Program-made: the position numbers and the translations under genes | From: Antedon mediterranea | Lineage: Eukaryota; Animalia; Echinodermata | Length of the DNA: 64,000 bases | NCBI RefSeq assembly: GCF_964355755.1 | Contig: NC_092678.1 | Coordinates: forward strand, 20,415,365 to 20,479,364 | Direction: 5' to 3' | Notes under the pieces: model-generated | Seen by the model: the letters and a program-made list of their open reading frames with translations, nothing else | Told to the model about the DNA's origin: nothing | Database searches by the model: none | Shown: positions 23,996 through 37,100 of the stretch, piece after piece | Numbering within the stretch: position 1 is the first letter of the stretch | How the letters are laid out: every line of letters begins with the position of its first letter

Positions 23996-26900
23996 TTAAG
24001 GAAACACAGTGTATTGTTGAAGTTGTTCGTAGGCATAAGCGACTTTTAGAAGAGTTTTCTCGTCAAACATTCGTCCAACTAACATCATCCCCACTGGTAG
24101 GCCATCTATGAAGCCAGCGTTGATGGTCAGCGCTGGATGACCAGTTGCGTTAAAGGGTGATGTGTTGGCCAGATTTCGTCCAGCCTCTTTCAACAGAGCT
24201 ATAAAACACAGAAATATTGTATTTCAAACATTATGTGAAAATAAATGTGATATGCCCAAATATGGTGGTGATATGGCCTCATCGCGTTCATATATGGGCA
24301 CATTTTGTTGTCACATAAAGTTTGATAGTGTAGACAGAGCTTTAGTTTGATAAGTTCTATGTAGAACATAGTTTATTCAAATATAATTGAGTAGAATAGT
24401 GGTTGCAGTAACTGCAGTAACGTATGCTAAGCAGTCATTGTAATCATCAATTAATATGATTACCCTAACGCTTGCTAAATAGTTACAAATGTAGTTACTG
24501 CAGTAACTGCTGTAGAGCATTATGTGTTCAAATCGTACCTGAAACTGATGTGTTTTTTGCTGGTAGTTTTGGCGTTTTGAATGGAATAGTTGGCATAGCA
24601 ATGACATCAACCTTCTGGAAAACTTTATCATATTCTGCAGTCAACAATCGCCTAAGATTCTGAGCCTTGCCGTAAAATCTCCCTCGATATTCATGTTTCA
24701 TATATTCTCCCAACATCCAAACACGCTAATAATATTGGAGTATAATTGAATGTATAATGTAATGAATCACTAGAAAGAGCTAATAGATACATAAAGGATA
24801 ATAATCTATAATAGACTATGAGTAAAAAAGAACACGGTGTTAAGATAACTATAGCGAGGCATTTAATAAAAAGGCAAACTGCCTTAAAATGTAAATGTGA
24901 CATGTTTCGAGAAACTATTCTCATCATCAGAACAGTAAACAACGCCTAGTCTGAGTGCTTATATACCAATAGGACATGTGTATGTAAATGAATAGGGAAT
25001 TAGCATAATAAAACAACAAGGAATGTAGGCAACAGCCAATAATATGACAAGTGTGACGCCTAAGTTATAGATTAAATATATGTAACGTCCACTTTAAGGT
25101 TAGGAATAACGGTATCTGTTTTGTCTTAGTATGTATTATTTTTATCATTATCTAAATACATGTTTAACAAAACAATTAATATAATGCAATGGTTTAACAA
25201 ATTCACAGAAAAATCGGTTTAGGCCTAATTAGCTGATTTATTAAAACTAGTGTTTTCACAATGTTGTTTTCTCATACTAAACTGGGCGATGATAAAAACA
25301 ATACATTGATGAGTTTAGTTGTGCGCTTGGTACTTTTCTATTCTGTCTCAATCTAAAGCTCTGTGTACTATCAAACTTTATGTGACAACAAAATGTGTGT
25401 GTCAATATTACTACCATATTTGGCAACATCACACCTTTTTTGTCAAACTAGTTTGATAGTGTAGACAGAGCTTAGTTAGTCAAGACAACATCCAATCTAT
25501 CTATTAACAAACATGTCATTGTCGTTATAGGCATTCACTAAACAACTAATTAATAAATATTGTCGGCTCCAAGTAAAACATACTATACTATGTTATTTAA
25601 GAAAATAAACGATGTTTGTTATTTAAAATTTATATGCGCTTTGGAGTACAGTTGCGGTGATTGATTGACGTTTCCAATTTCGTGACGTATTGAAAATCAA
25701 TGAATGGTCTAATTTGTTAAAATGTAATACATTTGGAATTAGTCTAGTTAATTGAGATATGAAATGACGAGGTGTTCATATAGTTTGAATTGGATATTGA
25801 TATTGTTGTCAAACCCATAAAGACTTAGTAATAATGAAAATAAAGACTAGAACAAACATTTGCATGATGAGAAGTATTATTAGGATATCAGCTACGCCTG
25901 AATTAGATCAAATGTTTATCACCACAAACATTGCTATTACCTTAACTGCAGGTGAAAGATCATCTGGTTGTGACTGGAGCCCTCTGCCAACAGCGTCCAT
26001 CATACTTGTTGAGTAGAACCCTTTGTGACCGCTTCCAACACCTAAAATGAAAAACAAAGCAGCGCACACAACATATTTTAGTGAGTAGCCGAGTGGTTCA
26101 GTGGAACCATGCATAACCATAATATCGCCCTTAGGTGGGAAAGATTCTTCTCGGATAACGGTCTTTATCATCGTAAGATCCAGTGTACACAAATTGCGTG
26201 TGATCAATATTACACCTTTCGAGACGAGTAGGACTACTGGATAGATGAGAGATAACAGTTAGAAATAACAGTTTAAACTCCCGAATAAATGATAACCCTA
26301 TACCATAACATGTCTTTGAAGTCTCAAGAAAGTTTCAAAATATGAAATTAATGTTTTTACTTACAACCTCCTCGTAGCATTGTGTCACTTATTCCTTGAT
26401 GTGCCATACACCACCTTATATTTTTACCTGAAATATCGTTTCAAAATTGATCAGCATATTACTGGCTTTGCCAATGTTGTATGTATGTTTCATGACAGAA
26501 AATCTTTACAAACCAAGCGCAAACCTAACTATATGTTTTTCTGGAATATTCTATGAAACTCTCTCTGTGCTACCTGTTTTGTATTATTCATACTTTTGTT
26601 TTTTATTCTAGGTGTATTTTGTTAAATACACTTAGAATTGTATCTGACTGACTGTCAATAATCTGTTAGATACTATCTAATGACAGCTGCCTAATCGGGT
26701 GTTTTGACCAAAATGAATCAAATTGATACAGTTTCTTCTTATCTAAGCTGAAAACGGTAATTGTTGTTATTGTTTGGCTGTTGTATTTTTCAATGTATTA
26801 GAAAATATGGTTTACCCTGATTGTGTAAAGGAACCGAAACATCTACGATCTTCGCCAATAATAATGTTGACATTTTGGAAACAGCCGACTTTACAATACT

Positions 26901-27679
26901 GTTCACCCTGTCGTCACAATCTTGCTGCTCAAAACCCTCCTTAAGCAATCCTATTGTAATGTTCTTGAGATTTTCACACTCCACCTGCAAAATACGAATG
27001 GTTTAGGATAACAAAAAACTGTACAAGTGAACACAAAAATTAATAAAAAATATAATTGAATATATAGCCAGTATTGCATGTTTGTTTTTGTTTATCTTCA
27101 GTCAGTTGTTTGTTTCTCTTTATTATAGTTAATATACGCCATGTGTGCCAAATAGTTTATAATATTGAGTAAAATTAACTAACTGTACTCACAGAATCTG
27201 AATATTTTTCTCCCACGATTGTTGGGTTTTGTCGTTGATCGAGTCCATCATCATATCCTGCGATTGACTCCAATAGAAGAGCACAATCCTTTACGTTCTT
27301 TGCCATAGGTCCTAAATGATCGTTAGTTGGTTCCATGGCTTGAGCACCTGTGTAAGGTACAAGACCATGGGTAGGCTTTAAGCCAATGATGCCACAGCAA
27401 CTAGCAGGTAGTCGTATCGACCCGCCCTGGTCACCTCCAATCGCCATGTCCACTTCACCTTTTGCTACCTGTGAAAATAAGTCAATCATGCATGTCCAAG
27501 AAAAAAAATAATCTTAGATTATGAAAATCTAATAAGCACACCTTATAGCTAGGAGTGTGTATAACCGCGTATTCAGGAAAATTGTCTCGGAAACCTGGTT
27601 CAACTCTCTCAGTCTAAGAATCCCGTACCTGGTTGAAACTGTCATTCTGAGGAATATGGGTCTCTTCCTAGGCCATATA

Positions 27680-27772
<93 letters not shown>

Positions 27773-30700
27773 TTCATCGAAATGTCAATTTACTTACCAG
27801 TACCGCACAGCCTGAGCTTGACCCTCCTGCACTGTGCGTGTAAGCGCAAGGATTCAGCGTCGGCCCTTTGGCTGCCATATAACTTACTCCAGAAACGCAC
27901 CAGTCCTCACACACCGCTTTACCCGCAACTGTTCCACCTTCGGAAGAATACAAATAACTAAATTAGGCCTAGCAAAATTGTACGTATAATTTATCTGTAC
28001 ATCTTTAGACAAAAACAACAAACCTGCATCTAGAACCCGGGTGACCACCGTGGCATCAAACTCTGGTACATATCCTTCCATTACCCATGATCCTCCCATC
28101 ATAGGTACTCCAGAGACGGCGATAGTGTCTTTCATTGCTATACGTTTTCCCTGCAGTAATCCTTCTGAAGCCCCTTTAATGTCAGTCTTCCAATACCTAC
28201 GAAATCCACATTGGAAATGTAATTAATTAAGCGATCAGAAACTAAGCTAAATACAAAATGCAGAGAACGAAAGAGTGCGTCCTATGCAATGTTTTTGTTC
28301 ATATAAAAAGATACAGAAATTCGATATTTGTCTTTACATTAATATTTTGTGACGTCATCAATATGGATACAGTAATCCATCCTTCTGGTTAGGCTCAGAT
28401 CTTACAAACATAATGCCTTACCACGCATTAAACGGATTTTCCGCCGCCGTCGGTCTGTAACCCGGTAGTCGCGGATACTTCACTGGAAGCGTAATCTCCG
28501 GCAGCTTTTCTATTTCGTTATAACAGCCAATGATATCCTTCATTAGATCCCTGTATTCAGCCACTTCTTCTTGACTAAGATCAATTCCGATTCTCTGGGC
28601 AAGTTCTTTCGTCTTTTTTAGACTAGGTAAGCGAACTGGTGGTGAACTGTATGTTCCATCTTTAAAAAAAAGTAATTTACTAAACGTTCATATTTTGTTA
28701 TTAGGCTTCCGTTTGTTACTGTTTGGCAAACTATAATTTTGCGGAGTATACTGTAGTACATGTTTGTTTTTTTGGATGATAGCGTCCACAATTTTCAAGT
28801 TATCATCCTGAATATTTTGGTGTGAATAGGTATATACTTACAGAACATTCCTATTGTATTTTAAGAACATTGGCCGATTAATAACTTCACAAATAAAAGA
28901 GAAATATATATATTTTTTTAACATGGGCCGAAATATCAAGTTGTGCGCCCTCTCTATCCCATATATTTTGCTAAGTACTTCACTCAGTGTCTGAGTGCTT
29001 TCATTGTTACCCAGGTGTATATGGGAACTCGGATAGTGGCCAAATCTGGCATAATTATCTGGCATAATTTGTACACAATCTAGCATAATTTGGCTGAAAA
29101 CCCGAAGAGCTTTTTTTTTTTTTTTTTGCTTCCCACCTTTGTGGTACATAAAACATACACATAAACCGCCCTCTTATTCACTGTTTTGGTGCACTTTTAG
29201 CCTTAAAGATGTATTGTCCCCCTGAAAAAATTTTTTTTTTCAATATTTTTGTTGAATAGGCCATTTTAATTGCACATAAAAGTTATTCACTTTGACCTCA
29301 ATTTGGATCGAAAAAAATAATTTTTTACACGGGAAAATCGAAATTTAATGCAAAAATTTACCAACCGGAAGCTATTTGTCTGGAAGACAAATGTGTTCCG
29401 GTTTAATTTAACCCTTGACCTGAGTTAGCTCATAAATATTCATATTGTATGGATACATCGTGTGGATGATGATGCTTTCCAAATCAACAGCCAACAACGA
29501 TAGCAATGCATGCGTGCGAGAGAGTCGAGTAGTGATGCGAGACGAATCTTGAAGAAAACACGAAAACTATAGCTAGCAGAATGCTAAGTTAGAATTACAG
29601 TTGGTAACTTTGATGTTGAATCTTATTCATTTAGGTGAGTTTGTTTTCGCTAACAGGAGAGGCCTAGCTAGGCCTGGGCCCGAATTTGCTGCTACTGTAC
29701 TACTAGTACTACTACTACTACTACTACTAGGGCCTAGTAGCACTGACAGTCTCGAGTAGCCTAACTGCTGCCTAGAAAGAAGTAGAGTGTAGTACTAGTA
29801 GGCCTAGGCAGTACACTGCTAGCTAGGGCTACAGTAGACCATGGAGGTATAAAAATACTTCCATGAGTAGACCACCACCAGAAGGGACGTATTTTTGTTT
29901 TAATCATGATGAATTGGTTTAATTTTTAAAGATTTTAACTATCTATTCGGCAGTGAAAATTAAAAAAAAAAAGAAAATCTAAATATTTTTTTGGATGTTT
30001 TACTGATGCAATATTTTAAAAATATTTTCTGTATCAAATGCAATAGGTTCAAATTAACATTCCGCAAATAAACATTTTATGCAGATATTTTGACACAAAT
30101 TTCTTTTTTTTTTTAGGTTGATTGATTGAACAATAAGAGCAAGTAGTGAGAAACATAAAATGTATCGTACAGTGGCAACATTCACAATTTATTGAAACGT
30201 TTCTTACTACTGTATTAAAATGACACTTTGTAATGGATGTGAGCGATCTTAGAAGACTATAGCTGTCATAATTACTGCCACAATCAACACATTGATAATT
30301 AGTAGACAAATTGACACAAAAAACAATACAGGAATTCAATAAGATATACTGTATATATATATTTTATTAACTCCTTTTGCACTGTAATATTTACAGTAAA
30401 ATTATAAAGTGTAAGTAAATTTGAAGAATTTATCCTGTGTACTGTTGTAGTAGTTTTTTTTTATTTATTGAATGTTATGTTTACAAAAAAAAATTATACA
30501 ATATTTTACAAGCTGGACAAGGACATATTGGCGAAATGCAGCAGGAGAGTCAGAAATATTTTTCCTGCAATATCCAATCACATTCCAATACCGAGTCTAT
30601 CATTGTTGTCTTTGGGTGACCTCTGTTCCAGTCTTCATCAGCTCAACGTCTTTAAAAAAAGTAAAAGCAAAGTATGAAAATCTGGAAAAAATAGATCATG

Positions 30701-32033
30701 CATATTTAGTGCAAAATTGGGCTAGTGAAATTGCTTACTTTAGCATAGTCAAATAGGTATACTACCTTTCTATGGTAATTAAAACACATTACTTATAATG
30801 TTATAACTTATAAAAAGAGAAAATAAATATTTGACTTACTACAGTACAGAGAACATTGTTTGTGTTGTAAAATGGCTAAGCTGGCTTTTCCCCTCTGTCT
30901 ACTTGTACAGTGCTGCTGGAAGGTTCTCAATTTCAGGCTTGTATTGCAACCATTTTCCCTGAAAAATGTTTGTTTTTATCATAAAAATTAGTTAAACAAG
31001 CTTCAACTGTAAATATATATGGTACAGCAAGCTGGCTGTATTTTCGGAATGTAGCTAAGATTGATGGCATATAGCCTAGGCCAGTCTATGAAGAGTACAA
31101 TGTATAGGGCCTAGCTGGGCATCTTCTGCAGGGACCCGATTGTCACAGTCTGCTTGCTACTAGCCTAGTAATATGCAGCAGCATGTATTAATTATTCTAG
31201 GCCTAGGTCTAGCCCTGAACTGAAAAAATCCCAGGCTAAGTTAATTAATTTACCTTCCTGTTATTATTGCGTTATATATATTATTACAGTATATTTAAAA
31301 TAACCGTCTAGGCCTACTTACCGACAAATTAACAGCTCAGCTTTACATATTTATACGATCAGGCCAGGGAAACCCACAGTCGCGTCGATCTCTGGTGGTG
31401 TTGTTGTTGTATACAACGTGCATCGTCCATTGTTAGATCAGATCTCTGCTGTGTGGATGCTCATTAACATATCATGCATATGTATGAGTTAGCTCTACCG
31501 GCCTAATTTCTGAGCCGATGAGTTCGAAAAAATGGTAAACTTATTTTGATTTTTTTATAAGCGAAATCAATATTTTTTTCGGTGGAAGTGAATAACTTTA
31601 TATTAACTACAAAACGGTCTATTCAAAATTTGATTTTTTTCATCTTTATTTTTCATTTTTTGGGGGACAATACATCTTTAATTGTGTCTGGCATAATCTG
31701 GCATAATTTTGTGCTGCCACCTAGCATAATTTCATTTCGCTCGCTGGCCACACTGATCTCGGTTAGATCAAGACACACAATTACTAGCTGCATTATGGAA
31801 GTACGGTTTCCATAGGTGTTTGATAAAAAAAAAAATTACTGGGTTAATAATGTTTAGCGCTTAGAGGTTTCACAACATTAGGCGCTATATAAATCCAGGA
31901 CATTATTATTATTATTGACGAAAAAAATAATTGAGGTCATTATTCAAATGTTGTAACAAAGGTGATTGTATAATTGTATAATATTGTAAACAGTATACAT
32001 GTTATACCCGGACTTACCCTTTAACAGGTACAT
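23996..32033 (-). CDS. Amidase-signature family amidase A (multi-exon; first exon tentative)
   Basis: Exons approx 32033-32018 (tentative ATG exon, phase-compatible), 28659-28421, 28195-28023, 27938-27799, 27468-27190, 26984-26816, 26427-26365, 26041-25940, 24726-24538, 24198-23996, with GT-AG. Motifs ENPFNAW, MKD (catalytic Lys), [33 protein letters not shown]. Confidence 0.9.
25357..25472. mobile_element. MITE family 1 copy
   Basis: agctctgtgtactatcaaact...agtttgatagtgtagacagagct inverted termini. Confidence 0.8.
27675..27769. repeat. (TA)n microsatellite in an amidase A intron
   Basis: ~95 bp TA repeat. Confidence 0.97.
29207..31677. mobile_element. Non-autonomous Kolobok-type DNA transposon (2471 bp)
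   Basis: TTAA at 29203-29206 and 31678-31681; perfect 16-bp TIR agatgtattgtccccc; AG..CT termini. Sits between tctggcataat repeats present on both sides, suggesting insertion into an older element. Confidence 0.88.
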
Positions 32034-33099
32034 AAATAGGAAAAATAGCAAAAATTTAAACAGTAATCAGTACGGTAACTAATACTGTATGTGCCTACCT
32101 TTTTGTTGCCAACCTCACAACAAACTTTACGTACATTATAAATACACGCGTTAACTAAGGTGTGTTCACAAAATGCATAAGCAGAAACGACAGTCATTTG
32201 ATCAATTACAAGAGACGAGAATCATCCGAACTGTCACGTGTGATTGGTCAAAGGTACTTACGCTTACGCCCAAAGGTGTGAACTGTTTGTTAGCTTCATA
32301 TTACTTAGTCGAGCATTCACAAGCGATTGATCAAATAATCCATCTCTTGTGATTGGTAAAATCACTTACGTTGCGTTACGTACTTGCGTTCTGTCTGTAG
32401 TTAAAACCAACCTTTATCGTGATATACTTACATGAAGCCATTGCTAAATATTGTGTTTGATCAGTCAGCTTCTCTTCCGACCAGAAGTAGGCCTACCAAT
32501 TATAGGCAAAACATATTATTAATATGCTGCTAACTTTATCGCCTTTTTTCTGATTGTCTTCTTAAAATGGCCTTATTATAAATATCATGATTTTATTAAT
32601 ATGAAGGCCTACAATAAACTTTTATTTATTATTTAATTTGGAGCGTATACGTGTGTATCGTACCGTTTATTAGGCTGTTATAATCTTACGAGGTATACTT
32701 GAAATGACGCATGCGCAAATGTTTAACATTCATTATTCCCACTAGTAGACAACGCAAGGACGAAATGCAATTGTTGACCAATCACGGCGCGATAGATGAT
32801 GATACTTGCGCTTACGTACTTGCGTTAACTAGTGGGAAGTTGCGCTGGAGAAACATAGCGTATAGCACTATAAGCCAACTCGACAATGCTGAAATAATAT
32901 AGGCCTATGAAATTGAGGCTATGAAATTCAGGCAGTATGCGTCTTTACTCCTGATTCCAAATGCTATATCTCCCTCCACATAGATACATACAGTACCGAG
33001 AATTGGCTTACTCTCGGTATTATCCAAAATCAGAAACGTTTATTCCAACCACATATTATACTTTCCCCTTATTCCACCCCCAAAGACCAATTTGTCATT

Positions 33100-33215
33100 C
33101 CCGCAGGGACCGAGCTTTCATTCCCCCAGGTGCCGAGCTGTAATTTCTCAGAGACCAAGCCTTAATTTCCCAAGGACTGAGCCTTAATTTCCTAGGGACC
33201 GAGCCTTAATTTCCC
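33100..33215. repeat. ~23-bp tandem repeat (gaccgagccttaatttccc...)
   Basis: About five degenerate units. Confidence 0.75.
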
Positions 33216-34152
33216 CTGTAACCTCTCCTAGCAGACAACGTGTAAGCCTACCTTACATAAAATTTGACGACCGGCAATAAGGCAAATCAGTTCAATGTTC
33301 AAGGACTTACATACACCGTATGGAAAAACTACGTAAATGTGTAAAATTGATGTGATTGTGATGTCATATCCAGATTCAAATATAAGAATTAGGCCAATCC
33401 ATTTTTATTATAGGGGAGATAATTATGATACTGTATATCTGAAATCTTCATAGCAGGAATATGAAATGAAAATACCTTTTATAAATGATGATTTCAGCTT
33501 TAATACTGTATATCTTTATAATAGACCTACCGGTATCATTTTGCAATTGTGCACATAACTATTTATTGAATATGGTATTAACATGCATTGCACGCTTAAT
33601 AATTCTGTAACCTTTAATATGTATTTATTAAATATGTTATTAACATATTATGCATAATAATACTGTACATATAGTATTTATTTATTTGATTTGTTTATTC
33701 TAAAGTTTACAAAAGTAAAACATTTAAGGAAAAAATACAGAAAGCAAAATGATAACTTATATCCAATAAATGAAACCAAAAAAATACATTATTATTATTA
33801 TTTAAAAAACATCATTTCGGACCTACGATGTCATCTTTTCATTTCACAATGATTCTTTATATATGTTTAGAACTTTATTAGACAGCTTATTCTCTTAATT
33901 AATCAATAACAGTAACAAACTCTAATATCATACGTACGTAGGCCTACGAGACATTTTGTTGTTTAAAACTTGATTGATCTTATTTTAAGATATATATTTT
34001 TTTTATAAGGAAATTCGAAATTGTATTTTTTCACATTGAGTTATAACATGCGTGGTCTAGTTTGGAAGTAATTCAGCCAATTACGATGGATAATTTTAAC
34101 TGTCGTTTCCCATTGGTCAACTTGTTTGCCTACGTTGAATATCATAGTGGTC

Positions 34153-37100
34153 CTATTGGCCAAGTTGTTCGTAACCGTGCGCTACTTTCAGAAGTGTTTT
34201 CTCGTCAAACATTCGTCCAACTAACATCATCCCGACTGGTAGGCCATCTATGAAGCCTGCGTTGATGGTCAGCGCCGGGTGACCAGTTAGGTTAAATGTA
34301 AATGTATTTGTCAAGTTATTTCCACCATTATTGACCAATTCTAAATTACAACGATAATAAATTGTTTGTTAGTGACCGATATCTTTTGTATATGAGATTC
34401 TATATGTGATTATTGGCCAGTTCAGGCTTAGTTATATACCCGGATAAGTTGGTGAACTACCACTAAAGTTAGCGATAACTGTGCCCACAAATGTACCTGG
34501 ATAAATAACTTATCCTTAACTGCCGTATTGTTAGTAGAATCTAGTTTAAATAACATTAAAAATGTCAATTTTTTAGAAAATATCATTACCTGAGATTGAA
34601 GCGCCCTTTCTCTGCAGTTCTGGAGTTCGAAACGGAATCGTTGGCATAGCAATGACATCAACCTCTTGAAAAACTTTATCAAACTCTGCTCTCAACAATC
34701 TTCTAAGATTTTGAGCCTTGCCGTAAAATCTTCCTCGATATTCGTGTTTCATATATTCTCCCAACATCCATGCACTCTAAAACATAATATACATGTTACA
34801 AGAATTATTCACCAAAAAAACAAACTCTGGTTGAAGTTATTGATATGTTGGATGCCTACCTTAACTGGAGGAGGTAGATCATCTGCTTGGGATTGAATAC
34901 CTCTACCGACAGCGTCCATCATACTGATGGAGTAGAATCCTTTGTGGCCACTTCCAAAACCTACAAAGAAATGATGATATTCGTTCCCAGTAGTATTATT
35001 TTTAGTCGCGTGCAACACGACCCTACAGCTCACTATGTAGGTTGGTCGGTCGGTCGGATGGTCGGTATAAACACTAACTCAAATTTGAGCACGCGACTGC
35101 ATCCATTATGGCCCTGTTTTAACAATGTGTTAAGGCAGAATTCAAGAATTTTGAGAAAATGTGTCATGGGATAATTTGAAATGATTTCGGTGCCTGGAAA
35201 TTACATTTCTAGAATATAATGAGTCTTAGAAAAATTACATTTGAAAGTATGCTAGGCCTATTAGTTATCTAAGATAATATAAGTTACCGTAGTTACGAGA
35301 GTTGGCATTTTACAAAGGTAGAATGACGAAAATCTATACGGTTAAAATGTTACTTACACCCTCCTCGTAGCATTGTATCTGCTATCGCTTGATGTCCCAT
35401 ACATAGCCACATATTTGGACCTATACAATTATTTTCAACGATATACATTTCATTTTCAAAAATCCTTCTGCAACATTTTCTTATTGAATAACTACCATTT
35501 AGTGTTGTGTTACCTAAAATGTTGTTCATTGTACGTGTTTTTTTTCAATTCAATTCAATTTATTTTTATTTCGGAAATATCATCAATAATAATTAACTTA
35601 TAAAAAGAAAAATCGTAAACTCTAAACTTAAGTATATAGAATGCTTCTCCATCTACAATACATTTTGGAGTTATGGAGCATATTATTATGTTTGCAAACA
35701 CAAGCAACAAGGATGTTACCACTATTCAACATACGTTGCTAAAACATAGGTAGATTTTACTTATTAAAGAAAAGTTCAATAAACATTGCACTGGCACTAC
35801 GACTTCTTTTCTATGAGTTGAAATGTAACATAAATCTTACCTTGCTTGTGTAATGGTACCGAAACGTCAGTAACCGTTGCTTTCATTTTTGTAATTTTTT
35901 GAAGAGCTGTTCGAACCAACTCATTTACTACTTGTTCGGAGTTATCCTGCTCAAAACCTTCTTTCAACAATCCAATGGTAATATTATCGAGCGTTTTAAA
36001 CTTCAACTATAAATAGAATGGATTTAAATAAGATATTGATAGTGTACTGTACGACTAAAGCTGTGTCTACACAATCAAACTAGTTCGACAAAAAAATGTG
36101 ATATGACATCATCATGTCCATACATGGGCACATCACATTTTTGTCACATAAAGTTTAATATTTTAGTCAGAGCTGTACATATCCAACTGATAATGAACAG
36201 CATGTTTTCCGCTTATAAATGAAGAACAATCATACTTACTGCGTCTGTGTATTTTTCTTCAACGATTGTTGGGCTTTGTCGCTGATCGAGTCCATCATCG
36301 TACCCTGCTATTGCCTCCAAAAGAAGAGCACAATCCTTTACGTTCCTTGCCATTGGTCCTAAATGATCGACTGTCGGGTCCAGGGCTTGAGCACCTGTGT
36401 AAGGTACAAGACCATGGGTAGGCTTTAAGCCTATGATTCCACAGCAACTGGCAGGTAGTCGAACTGACCCGCCTTGGTCACCTCCAATCGCCATGTCCAC
36501 CTCACCTTTTGCAACCTAACAAATTATAAAAGACATCCATTTATAATTCTCAATTCACTGCAATAATTAGAAAGCTTCAATTTGTGACGTACCGATGATC
36601 AAACTACGTCATGTCATGGAAGATCATGTTCACTCTTCCTGGTCATGTTCATTAAGTGTGCGAATACGGGGATACTGGGACGTGTGTCCTTGTGCCCCAC
36701 CTCAACACATTGGTTGATGGTTTTTAGGCCCCATGCGAGACACAAGTTTGATGGTTTCTAGGCCCCATACGAGACCAACGATATTCGATTGACCTGACCT
36801 AGGTAGGTTGTCGGTCTTCGCAAATCGAAAGCTTTTAATGACAGACGTCTCTAGACTTACCAATACAGCACAGCCTGAGCTTGAACCACCCGCACTGTGC
36901 CTGTTGTTGTGAGGGTTCAGTGTCGGTCCTTTCGCTGCCAGAAAACTTACTCCAGAAACACACCAGTCCTCACACAATGCTTTGCCTGCGACTGTTCCAC
37001 CTTTGCGTCAATACAACATAAAAATCAATCATATTTCACTTTTCTTTAACTTTTCAACAACAATAATAATTAAGATAATAGCACAAGATTTTCCACTATT

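Noticed and set aside
18306-31677. piggyBac assignment for the two TTAA-flanked elements
   Set aside because: Termini are purines (GA, AG) rather than the CC/pyrimidine ends typical of piggyBac.
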